A stretch of 64,000 nt of DNA from Candidatus Poseidoniaceae archaeon (lineage in GTDB: Archaea; Thermoplasmatota; Poseidoniia; Poseidoniales; Poseidoniaceae), in contig CALSTM010000003.1 of assembly GCA_943789275.1 (NCBI GenBank), positions 160,489-224,488 on the forward strand, read 5' to 3'. The notes beneath the pieces were generated by a model. That model was not told where the DNA came from. It did no database searches and worked only from the letters and a program-made list of their open reading frames with translations. Of the stretch, positions 54,664 to 63,819 are shown piece after piece. The first letter of the stretch is position 1. Each line of letters begins with the position of its first letter. Both the position numbers and the translations under genes were made by a program.

Positions 54664-56790
54664 ATGGACCCTCAAACCATGCGACCGGTTTACTTTGTGT
54701 TGATGCTGGTCCTGCTCACGTCCCTTTCGGGATGTTTGGGCGACGGGGACTCCTCCGATCAGGTGCCCGGCACTTATGTTGTTGAATCTCAGCTAACTCT
54801 CATCGAGATAGAGGCAAAATCCGATTACTATCAAGACGACGAGACGATGTTGTGGTCGGTTGAATCTGGCCCTTTTATCGACGCCATCGAAGATGCTGGC
54901 GGAAACGTAGTCGGGGTGTTGTTCTCATTGAGTTATGGTGAGGACGAATCTTCAGGCGGTCCAGTGTGCACCGGGGGTGAGGCCAACCAACCCGACACGA
55001 TCACCGGCTCCGTAACCAAGGGCGAATGGGTTCTTTCGGACCCCGGTGAAAACCCCGGTTCCCATGACGTGAACCTCACGTGGTACAACCAGTCACTGCT
55101 CTCGGGTGTGATTGAAGGCGTGACCAAGAGCGAAATTGAGGCACAATTGGCCTTCGGTGAAGAAGCCCTTGGAAGATATGAGTTGAGCCTCACCGTCGAT
55201 GCGGAGGCCTTCAACGGCGTGTTGTGTTCGAACAACGACGACGGGGAAGAAGTCGCTACCGTGGTCAGTTTGCTGGTGCTGGATTTCACCGTTCTCAACG
55301 AGGACGGAGAGGGGGAATCGGTGTTGGCGGTCGGCGATGATTCGTTACCTCTGTTCATGTTCGCAGCCTGGATTTTCCCGGTGGTGTTTCTCGTCGGGTA
55401 CGTTTCGACCCAACAACGAGAACGCTTCCACCTTGACCTAGATTTTGGAGAACCGGAAACCGAAGTCGTTGAGGGCGAGTCCACTTCAGACGGCGAGACG
55501 CTGGTCGACAGTTATCGAGCCCGTGTCATCACCCTCTCTGCGCTCTACGTCGCACAAGGCGTACCGTGGGGCTTCATCACCGTCACGATGGTGACCTTCC
55601 TCGCTGCTGAAGGGGCGGACGCCGGCGATCTTGCGTACTTGCTAACACTCGGCACCCTACCGTGGTCGTTCAAGTTCCTCTGGGGGCCTATCATTGACCG
55701 CTTCCAGATGCCCGATCTTGGACGGCGTCGGCCCTGGATCCTCATTGCTCAGACCGGCATGGTGGCGCTGCTGGTCACCATGCTCTTAGTGCCCAATTTG
55801 ACCGACAACATATCCCTGCTTGGTGCGCTGTTCTTCGTGTACAATGTGTTCACTGCGCTTCAAGATGTGTCGACCGATGCCTTGGCAGTTGACGTGCTGC
55901 AATCCCATGAATTTGAGCGGGTCAACAGCTACATGTTCACCGCCAAGTCGTTGGGTGGTATCATCGGTGGAGCAGGTCTTGGGACCATCATCGGCATCGT
56001 GGGCATCAGAGGGGCCTTCCTCATCCAAATCCCCATTCTCATTGTGATCATGATGGTGCCCTTGTTCATGCGTGAGCGTCCGGGCGAAAAGCGCTTCCCT
56101 TGGGACAAAAACGACGCCGTTGAGATGGCTGACAAGTCCGATGAATGGGATGAGGGCGTGCGGGGCTTCGCCGTCATTCTCGGGAACATCAAGACCGCCT
56201 TTTCTGTTCGTTCAGCCCAACTCGGCATTGCGGTCAGCCTCATGATTTCCCTTGCGTTCATTCTCATCCCTATTCTCCCACTGCTGTTCCTTCAAGAGTT
56301 GGGTTGGAGCCAAGAAGAATTCAACGCCACGAAGGGCGGAATCATTCTGGTAGTCACCATGCTTGGGGCCATGGCAGGTGGCGAACTTGGTCGCAGATTT
56401 GGTGGAAAATCCATGCTGATGTACGCTGCGCTTAGCGCTTCGTTAACCACATTGGCGTGGGGTACGTTTGACAATATGTGGAGCGAAGGTTGGTTCATGA
56501 TGCTGGTGTGGCTGGTCCACACTTTCCTCTGGTCAATCGTATCCATCTGCGCCTATTCGCTCATGATGAGAGTGACATGGGCGGAAGTTGGTGGAACTCA
56601 ATTTACCGGTTACATGGCGATGATGAACCTCTCTGCCATCATAGGCTACCAATTAGCGCCCATCTTCGCAGAACGCTACAACTACCAGACCATCTTCTAC
56701 ATCGCTGCAGTGCTTGAGACGTTCGTGGTGCTTGCTGCGCTTTTCATTGACCCTGAAGAGACGGATCGAACCCTCAAAACTGCAGTGTGA
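54664..56790 (+). CDS. MFS transporter (AmpG/LplT-like) fused to an N-terminal roughly 270-aa lipoprotein-like extracellular domain
   Basis: Signal with Cys VLMLVLLTSLSGC. Acidic N-terminal domain. Twelve TM helices follow, with the MFS loop motif GPIIDRFQMPDLGRRRPW. Confidence 0.6.
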   Translation: MDPQTMRPVYFVLMLVLLTSLSGCLGDGDSSDQVPGTYVVESQLTLIEIEAKSDYYQDDETMLWSVESGPFIDAIEDAGGNVVGVLFSLSYGEDESSGGPVCTGGEANQPDTITGSVTKGEWVLSDPGENPGSHDVNLTWYNQSLLSGVIEGVTKSEIEAQLAFGEEALGRYELSLTVDAEAFNGVLCSNNDDGEEVATVVSLLVLDFTVLNEDGEGESVLAVGDDSLPLFMFAAWIFPVVFLVGYVSTQQRERFHLDLDFGEPETEVVEGESTSDGETLVDSYRARVITLSALYVAQGVPWGFITVTMVTFLAAEGADAGDLAYLLTLGTLPWSFKFLWGPIIDRFQMPDLGRRRPWILIAQTGMVALLVTMLLVPNLTDNISLLGALFFVYNVFTALQDVSTDALAVDVLQSHEFERVNSYMFTAKSLGGIIGGAGLGTIIGIVGIRGAFLIQIPILIVIMMVPLFMRERPGEKRFPWDKNDAVEMADKSDEWDEGVRGFAVILGNIKTAFSVRSAQLGIAVSLMISLAFILIPILPLLFLQELGWSQEEFNATKGGIILVVTMLGAMAGGELGRRFGGKSMLMYAALSASLTTLAWGTFDNMWSEGWFMMLVWLVHTFLWSIVSICAYSLMMRVTWAEVGGTQFTGYMAMMNLSAIIGYQLAPIFAERYNYQTIFYIAAVLETFVVLAALFIDPEETDRTLKTAV

Positions 56791-56980
56791 GTGCTTGACT
56801 GTGAGGATTTATTCCGATACCATGTCGTCCGGAAAAACTCGTTGCAACCCTTTGTACACCCATTAGTAAGCTTTTCACGCGTGGGTACCCATTCGTGAGA
56901 TGCATGTGGGATGGGTGTTGGGTGGGTATACAGTTTGCTTCAAGTAGGGTTTATCTACAGTTGCCAATGGTAAGGGTTTG

Positions 56981-58225
56981 ATGCAGATGAACGACTCCTT
57001 TGAATTTAGATTAGGAGATTGTTTTTCAATTGGAAAAGAATTGGAAGACGAGAGCATTGATTGCATCATTACATCTCCTCCATATTGGAAACAAAGAGAA
57101 TATGATGTAGATGAAACAAAGATTGAGTTCTTGATTGGAATGGAAGAAAAACCTGAAGAGTATGTAGACCATTTAGTTAGAGTTTTGTCAATCTTGAAAA
57201 AGAAATTGAAAAGAGGAGGGTCATTGTGGCTAAATCTTGGTGACAAATATGTGAAAAAGAACCTCATGGGTATGCCGTGGAGAGTGGCAATAGCGTTGAT
57301 GGATGATGGCTGGATCTTGAGGAACGATGTAATATGGCATCGAATGAAAGGAACACAGAGTGCAAAGGATAAACTTCGAGATAACCATGAATACATCTTT
57401 CATTTTGTCAAAAACAAGAAATATTTCTATGACTTAGATTCCATAAGAATAGAGAGAGATCAAAAACCAAAGATGAAAAATGGTAGAATCGTATCATCCA
57501 CCGGTGTTTCTGGACAATCTTATTTCCGTAAGATTAAGAATTCAACAATATTAACCGACGAAGAAAAAGAGAATGCGACAAATGCCCTTAATCAAATGTT
57601 GGGACGCATGAAAGAAGGTAATATTGATGATTTCCGAATGTACATCAAGGGAGAACACCGAATCCTGCATAGTGATAAAGAACGAATCAGCGGAAGGGCA
57701 CGTCAATTAAATAGGGAAGGATTCTACTTCATGAGTAGTACTTCAAAGGGTAAAGTTCCATCGGACATTTGGTCTCATTCAGACAATGACATTTTCGAAA
57801 ACGATGCTATTTGTGCATTTGCTGTTTTAAGATCAGGGGACCTTATTCCAGGTACTCTATGGAATATTACTCCTGAAGATGAATGGAGAAAAGATGCTCA
57901 TTATGCAGTGTTCCCTACAGAATTACTACGCATCCCCATTTTGGCAACATGCCCTATAGATGGTGTTGTTTTGGATCCATTTATGGGTACTGGTAGTACT
58001 ATTCTGGCAGCAGTAGAATTTGGTAGGAAAGGAATTGGTTTCGATATTAGCCAGAAATATCTAGATATCGCGCAATCTAGACTGATAAAGGTCAACGGGG
58101 CTGCCAAGGAAGAATATCTAGATTTGCCTTCAAAGACAATAGTACAACTGAAAGAACTACTCAAAAAAGCAGGTAAACCAGTTTCCGGTAAGAAGTCTGA
58201 ACTAATTAAAAGACTCAATCAGTGA
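56981..58225 (+). CDS. DNA methyltransferase, beta-class N4-cytosine/N6-adenine (PF01555-like), with C-terminal SAP motif
   Basis: Motif IV DCIITSPPYW near the N-terminus and motif I LDPFMGTGSTILAA near the C-terminus, a beta-class order. The C-terminal LPSKTIVQLKELLKKAGKPVSGKKSELIKRL is SAP-like. ATG 56981 (the 56978 start is TTG). Lies in low-GC DNA. Confidence 0.75.
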   Translation: MQMNDSFEFRLGDCFSIGKELEDESIDCIITSPPYWKQREYDVDETKIEFLIGMEEKPEEYVDHLVRVLSILKKKLKRGGSLWLNLGDKYVKKNLMGMPWRVAIALMDDGWILRNDVIWHRMKGTQSAKDKLRDNHEYIFHFVKNKKYFYDLDSIRIERDQKPKMKNGRIVSSTGVSGQSYFRKIKNSTILTDEEKENATNALNQMLGRMKEGNIDDFRMYIKGEHRILHSDKERISGRARQLNREGFYFMSSTSKGKVPSDIWSHSDNDIFENDAICAFAVLRSGDLIPGTLWNITPEDEWRKDAHYAVFPTELLRIPILATCPIDGVVLDPFMGTGSTILAAVEFGRKGIGFDISQKYLDIAQSRLIKVNGAAKEEYLDLPSKTIVQLKELLKKAGKPVSGKKSELIKRLNQ

Positions 58226-58275
58226 ATTGTATAAATTGGCTAATACATAATTAACAACCCAGTCTTAGCGTTGAC

Positions 58276-59046
58276 ATGGTCAAGGTTCCAATTGAGTGGT
58301 TTGGTTGGAAAATCCCGGCCTTTAGTTCAACGGAATCAACTATTGGTCAAGGAAATCAAACCTGCAGATTTACAAACAACTTGTGCTCAAAGCCTCGAAA
58401 ATCAACTCCTGAAATTAGGACTGGAATTTGCTCAGTAAACATGACTGCAGGATTTTTTGAAGGAACTAGAAGAGTAATCATCTGTCCTAAGCGCTTTGAA
58501 TTAGATAATTTCTTTTCAATGCTTTCACAAAGATACTTTGACGCCGATCACTCTGTAACATGGACTCCAGAAGTCAAGATTGGCAATTTTGGGAATATCG
58601 ATTTCGTGGCATCACACTCATTACCAAGGGATGAAGAAGCGGATGAATCTGATGAAATGGAAGATGAAGATGATGTGGATGATGAACCACAAATCGTTTT
58701 GTTCGAATTACAAGCCGGAGGTACCACGGGAAGCCCTTATCCAGCAATTGAAGATTTTATTGAGAATCAGAGTTTTTCACAGACCAGCTACAGTTTTTCC
58801 ATTAATTGGGCGAATGAATTTATCAAAACTATGGGGCAACAGATCATCAAAAAGGGTCACGCAATTAATGGCTGGGGGGTTCCGATTGTATTTGTTATTC
58901 AAGACGTGGCCATGGAATATATCGTGGACAAAATGAATACTGAAAATCTAACAGAGCGCCCCGTAGATGCAGAGTGGCCTGACGAGGAGTATATCACTTT
59001 AGAACTATCACGATGGGAGATGGTGATGATTCAATGTTTTCTTTAG
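58276..59046 (+). CDS. candidate restriction endonuclease partner of the methyltransferase (Cys4 N-terminal module, acidic insert)
   Basis: Immediately downstream of the MTase on the same strand in the low-GC island. N-terminal C-x6-C...C-x?-C cluster (CRFTNNLC...GICSVN...ICPKRF). Possible PD-(D/E) core NIDFVASH...VLFELQ. No recognisable family beyond that. Confidence 0.35.
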   Translation: MVKVPIEWFGWKIPAFSSTESTIGQGNQTCRFTNNLCSKPRKSTPEIRTGICSVNMTAGFFEGTRRVIICPKRFELDNFFSMLSQRYFDADHSVTWTPEVKIGNFGNIDFVASHSLPRDEEADESDEMEDEDDVDDEPQIVLFELQAGGTTGSPYPAIEDFIENQSFSQTSYSFSINWANEFIKTMGQQIIKKGHAINGWGVPIVFVIQDVAMEYIVDKMNTENLTERPVDAEWPDEEYITLELSRWEMVMIQCFL

Positions 59047-59190
59047 AAGAGGGGTCTTTCTACACAGCAACCTTGGAGACAGCTGAGGCAATGCTGACTG
59101 TAGAAGGGTCCATCCATTTAAATCAATTTTTATTAGACTTGGAAGGCCGAATGGAAAGGGCTGAAACCTTCACAGTTGACACATGAAAAG

Positions 59191-59910
59191 TTATTTTCTT
59201 CGATGCCAGGGCTTGCCTCCCCACCAAGGGGGGTGCTGAAACTTCAATCTCTTCATATGGAAATCATTACTGATTGTTCTAGTTATGGAATTACCTTGCC
59301 ACTTCCCCCCTCGCTTACCCTTGATACCTCGCTTGTTGAGTGACCTAGCCAAAGCGGCAGTAGCCATGCCATTTTCATTAATTTGCCATGCCATGTAGTC
59401 GATGCAGTCTTGCTCAGTCCAATTGGGAACAAACATGCCATTCTCATCAACATCCCACCCAAAGATTGACTTCGTGAATTGTTTGTTTGTTGCTCGAAGT
59501 TGATTCATGGCTTCTACTGTTCGTTCTGAAATCAATCCTCTTTCCATTTCAGCGAGGGCGCCCATCAGTGTTAGAAAAAATCGACCCATCGTGGTTGAAG
59601 TATCTACAGCCTCACCGTTCAAATCCACAATGTGTAGATTGATATTTGCATCATTAAGTTCATCGATTGTTATCAAAACGTCTGTCGTCAATCTGAACAT
59701 CCTATCTAATTTCATCGTAATGAGGTCGCTGTATTGGCCTGTGCTCAATCTTCGTTTGAGTATTCGACCTTTCGGCCTATCCCACAGTGGAATACCTCCA
59801 CTCACACCTTCTTCGATAATGATGTCATCTGGACTGAGGTTCAATTTCTTGTATCTTACATATTCGAGAATTCTTCTCTTCTGAGCTTGTATGCTCACAC
59901 CTTCATCCAC
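59191..59910 (-). CDS. serine recombinase (resolvase/invertase family) with C-terminal HTH; atypical short N-terminus
   Basis: GVSIQAQKRRILEY resembles the RVSTxxQ nucleophile region. FFLTLMGALAEMERGLISERT is the resolvase E-helix signature. The C-terminal ATAALARSLNKRGIKGKRGGKW is HTH-like. Only a GTG start is available at 59910, with a stop 11 codons upstream. Confidence 0.6.
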   Translation of the reverse strand: MDEGVSIQAQKRRILEYVRYKKLNLSPDDIIIEEGVSGGIPLWDRPKGRILKRRLSTGQYSDLITMKLDRMFRLTTDVLITIDELNDANINLHIVDLNGEAVDTSTTMGRFFLTLMGALAEMERGLISERTVEAMNQLRATNKQFTKSIFGWDVDENGMFVPNWTEQDCIDYMAWQINENGMATAALARSLNKRGIKGKRGGKWQGNSITRTISNDFHMKRLKFQHPPWWGGKPWHRRK

Positions 59911-60041
59911 CTGCCTCTGTGATTGAAACTCGAATGTAGGCTACGCTTTTTGCTCGTTGGTTAGGTTGATTATTATGCAACATTTCTGAAGATTGTGATA
60001 CTTTCTATTTAATACATCACAACGTCGGAAATTTCACGCAG

Positions 60042-60162
60042 TTGGAACAATCAACCAATCGTTAATCATAATTGCACATGGGTTCAAGCAAATAACCCTT
60101 GAAACATGTTGATTGATTTTCAACGGTATGTTTGAACCCCTGTTTGAACAATCAACCAATCG
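60042..60162. repeat. pair of 19-20-bp direct repeats (tt[g/t]gaacaatcaaccaatcg) 101 bp apart inside an ~800-bp AT-rich non-coding stretch
   Basis: The copies sit at 60042-60061 and 60143-60162. Partially complementary ttgattg elements lie between them. Positioned between the recombinase and the large unknown gene. Confidence 0.6.
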
Positions 60163-60719
60163 ATTAGGATAGGTTGCAAGGGGTTATCCGAAACCCCATT
60201 CAACTTCCAAATCCGGTTTGAAGGGGATGCAGTCGGTCTGTTGGGTTCGCTACCGTTCCAACCATATACAGTCGCAAGGGCCCGCTTCCAACTTTTTTAA
60301 ATGTATTATATTCACGCTATCCATCCAATTACTCTTGAGTGAATGGGGGCGTTGCGATTGGCATGACAAAAGTGCCTTTATATTGAAAAAATGATATTTC
60401 TACTCAATAACCTAATACAAATAGATGAAGAATCATTCTGAGGGTGGCAATCAGGAAGACCATGCAAAAGATACGGCAGAAATAACATGTTCAAGACCAA
60501 CTTTATGGGCATTAACGTTCTAGGTTCGCGGGCTGTAGCAACCCTCTATGAGGTTCAGTAATATCTTTTGATGTCAAAAGAGTTTGTTTGTTCATTAAGT
60601 ATTAAGCCACAACCGGTATATAAAGAGGTGTACCCTGCTGGCCTGGTGACTTTTGAGCGTTCAATAGAAATAGATTTATTTCAGAAACACCAATTAAAAT
60701 TTTAATTGAATAAATACGA

Positions 60720-63614
60720 TCATTCATTTTCTTCACTATCCGAAAGGTAACCATCCTTTAATTGACCCCACAGAAGGGACATTGCTGGTTTATCTTGATG
60801 TGTATTGATGTCCCTAAAAGTCGTGCTTGAAACGATCGTTCGGCCATCAAACACCACAGGGAATAAAACCAATCGACTCCATAAAATCCATTCTCGATCT
60901 GTGGTTTTACGTATACGTTGGAAGGCACGTTCGATTGTTTCTTGTGTATTTGGTAATGTATTCGCACTCCCCGAAGGTGCATCCTCGTCGAAAACATCCA
61001 AAACATCCATCAGTTCCTCGTATTCTTCCGGGGTAAGTTCGTATGGGCCTTCGAATTTATTTGATAGCGGAGTCTGGATGAACGAAGTCCAATCTTCATA
61101 ATGAATACCTTCAAAATTAAGTCGGGTTCGAGACTTCTCTAGTATTGAGACCATTGAACACTCAGGGCCTCTTCTCGGCAATCCGTTTGAGAGAAGATAT
61201 TCGAGATCTAAATCTCCACGGATCAGTTCTTTATCGTGGCGGTCATCAAACTTCAATGGATTGAAATGGATACCAAGATGTCCCTTCTGTTTTATGAGTA
61301 TTTTTAATCTTGATAATATGTCATCATTAATCTCACATTGATGAAGTTCAGGATTATTTTCAAAATAAGTTGCCTCGCTCTTCAGCCATTCACTGTGCAT
61401 GAACTTCAAGAGAACGCGAACCTGATCGATAACCAGGACACTGCTGTCCTGATAAGGTTGGCGAAGTGGCTGTTCAAGCAACAAACGTGCGATCTGTTCA
61501 ACACGGGCCGTGAGCACATACAAACGTGCAAACGAGACCCTCAACATCTGGTCGACAAGTTGAGCCTTGTCGTACAATTTTGAATCACCATCGTGCTGCA
61601 ACACCCTCATCGGTGCCTGAGCAGCTTCTTGGGCCGCATGAATGATATCGTGAATGTGAATCGATTTCAAAGAAGACGGAAATCCACTGGTATCCACTGA
61701 AGATTGCCTTGCAGCACGATCAAGTCGGTCCTCAATATTGAATGGTGCTTGGTCAGCGATGAGATGTTCGATCAAATTCATCGAAGTCGCAGCAAACATG
61801 AGCGGGTCCATTCTATTGACGCGGTTGACATTTTTTCGGGAAAGAATGTTCTTTTTCAATTGAGCCTTAGTGTCGGCTGGCTCAGGAAGACGATGGCTCA
61901 CAAAGGGCTTGTTGTTGGGGTTGCCTTTCAAATGACCAATGGAAAATTGTGGACGGTTTTTGACTGCGCCGCTGACTTTCCATGTGCTGTTTTTTCCCTC
62001 GTGATTGAACATTTTTTCTAAATTTCCAAAGTAGTTGTTTTCATCTGGTTCTTTCAAAATCAATTGCATGTACGCCATCAAAATTGATATCTGCGATTGG
62101 TTGATAGAAGATTGAGGGAAATATTGCAAATGTTTGGATTTGTGATTCTCTTCCACGCCCCAAATCCAACGAGGCAGAAGTCCCACTTTGGAGGTGAACG
62201 GATTTAATTCTCTTGGATCACCAATCAAACGGATTAATCTCCCGAGGCCGGATGGGTTGCCTTGCGAGGCAGATCTATCAAACATGTCATTCATGGATGC
62301 TTTTCTGAAGAGTCCTCTGATTCTTGCTGGACAATCCCTTTCATCGTCCCATCCCATCTCGATGTACTCCTCTATCAGTTTCGATTTTTGTTGAAAGTCT
62401 TCAGCATCGTCTTGTGAGATTTCCCCCTCTTTTACTTCCTTCTCGAAGTAATTCGGTTTAGACATCTCTAGGAGAATCGCCGGAACAATATTTGAGAGAA
62501 GGATACCCCTATCTTGTTTAAGCTTGGAAAGAACCATTTCCTTCATCCAAGCATCGGTTGTTGTGACGGAATCAACAGCTTCTGTTAACTTTTCATACAA
62601 ATCAATTATCTCAGTCGAAAATTCCAATCGAAGGGTGAGTTGGTTGATCGGGGGGTTATCATCATCGCCATTCGTAGCCGTCTGATCTTTTTTATCAGTC
62701 TTGACAAAAGGCCTTGTTTCGTTGACAAGATTGTGGCACATCACGCGCAAGGTGCTTTCGATGTGAAGCACAGACGAGATGTGCAATTTTCCGGCAGAAT
62801 CCCGAATAAAACTCCTGATTGCATTGAAAATGTTCTTGAGTTTGTCCTTGTCCGAGTTCTGTTCAAACTCTTTTAATGTTTGAGACGCTGCATTCTTTGA
62901 ATTGAGGGTGATTCTTTTGGAAATTTCAAACAGGGCGCGTATCCATAATTCTGCTTCAGTGGCATCTGCTTCTGTACTTGGTTGAATTTCGCTAAACAAC
63001 AACGGACTGAACGAAATTAAACCCTTGACATCCTCTGGCATGAATGCCTTTTCGTGGATTTTCAATTTCGAACCTTGCTTCGCCAGCATCAACGCTGGAG
63101 CGATCAAACCTCTTGCCCTCAACACCAATGTAGATTCATAGATGACCGCAATTTCCCACCAATTGACTGCAGATTCGGATTTGTTTTCTCGAATGATGGC
63201 ATACCCCTTGTTGACGACAAAATTCGTTAATTCTTGATTGACTCGACAGTAGTCGCTAAGTTCATGCTGTGTGATTGTCGTTTTTTGGCCGGCGAGGGCT
63301 TCGGCACTGAGTTTACCGTTGAATGCGGTATTGATGCGGGCTATGATCCGGCGAAGGAGACAGATGTCATGCCATAGTTGAAAGGTTTTTTTTGAATGTT
63401 CAGCGTTATTCCATTCCGAAACTTTGCGAATCGTTTCTTTGCTTAACTCAAGAAGTTCTCTTGTAAGTCGTTCAATTCGTGCTTTGGGCCGGTTGTGCAC
63501 TGGTCCATTTGATGAAGGTAGAACGCCATGTATGCAATCAACGATTGCGCTTGTAAGTGCGTTTGCTTCAAACAATACTGTGTGCGATTCACGGCCCATC
63601 ATGTCCACTCTCAT
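60720..63614 (-). CDS. large (964 aa) hypothetical protein of unrecognised family in low-GC island
   Basis: Single uninterrupted ORF. ATG 63614 (MRVDMMGRESH...) lies about 23 nt downstream of a TTAAATATA box; the track start 63668 is GTG. Mostly helical composition. No Walker A, no nuclease or methylase motifs found by eye. Confidence 0.55.
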   Translation of the reverse strand: MRVDMMGRESHTVLFEANALTSAIVDCIHGVLPSSNGPVHNRPKARIERLTRELLELSKETIRKVSEWNNAEHSKKTFQLWHDICLLRRIIARINTAFNGKLSAEALAGQKTTITQHELSDYCRVNQELTNFVVNKGYAIIRENKSESAVNWWEIAVIYESTLVLRARGLIAPALMLAKQGSKLKIHEKAFMPEDVKGLISFSPLLFSEIQPSTEADATEAELWIRALFEISKRITLNSKNAASQTLKEFEQNSDKDKLKNIFNAIRSFIRDSAGKLHISSVLHIESTLRVMCHNLVNETRPFVKTDKKDQTATNGDDDNPPINQLTLRLEFSTEIIDLYEKLTEAVDSVTTTDAWMKEMVLSKLKQDRGILLSNIVPAILLEMSKPNYFEKEVKEGEISQDDAEDFQQKSKLIEEYIEMGWDDERDCPARIRGLFRKASMNDMFDRSASQGNPSGLGRLIRLIGDPRELNPFTSKVGLLPRWIWGVEENHKSKHLQYFPQSSINQSQISILMAYMQLILKEPDENNYFGNLEKMFNHEGKNSTWKVSGAVKNRPQFSIGHLKGNPNNKPFVSHRLPEPADTKAQLKKNILSRKNVNRVNRMDPLMFAATSMNLIEHLIADQAPFNIEDRLDRAARQSSVDTSGFPSSLKSIHIHDIIHAAQEAAQAPMRVLQHDGDSKLYDKAQLVDQMLRVSFARLYVLTARVEQIARLLLEQPLRQPYQDSSVLVIDQVRVLLKFMHSEWLKSEATYFENNPELHQCEINDDILSRLKILIKQKGHLGIHFNPLKFDDRHDKELIRGDLDLEYLLSNGLPRRGPECSMVSILEKSRTRLNFEGIHYEDWTSFIQTPLSNKFEGPYELTPEEYEELMDVLDVFDEDAPSGSANTLPNTQETIERAFQRIRKTTDREWILWSRLVLFPVVFDGRTIVSSTTFRDINTHQDKPAMSLLWGQLKDGYLSDSEENE

Positions 63615-63632
63615 GACGCCACATAACGTGAG

Positions 63633-63641
63633 TATATTTAA
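63633..63641 (-). promoter_or_regulatory. archaeal TATA box (TTAAATATA on minus strand) for the 964-aa gene, leaderless arrangement
   Basis: Plus strand reads tatatttaa at 63633-63641. The centre lies about 23 nt upstream of ATG 63614. Confidence 0.4.
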
Positions 63642-63819
63642 GCATGTTATGGTTGCATTCTCAAACACATTAAGGTTGCATCTGCGCTCAGATTTAGAAA
63701 GTCATAAACGAAAAAATCAATGCTAAGGATTGAAAATATGTTAGCACAGGTTTCATTAACTGGGACCAATTGGCAAACTCGTGCGAACACAGTCAGAGTT
63801 CAGAAAGCTTCGTCGAGAA

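Noticed and set aside
56875-57396. 173-aa minus-strand ORF in the AT-rich island
   Set aside because: It is antisense to the N-terminal half of the methyltransferase. Its S/F/I-rich composition is typical of AT-rich shadow frames.
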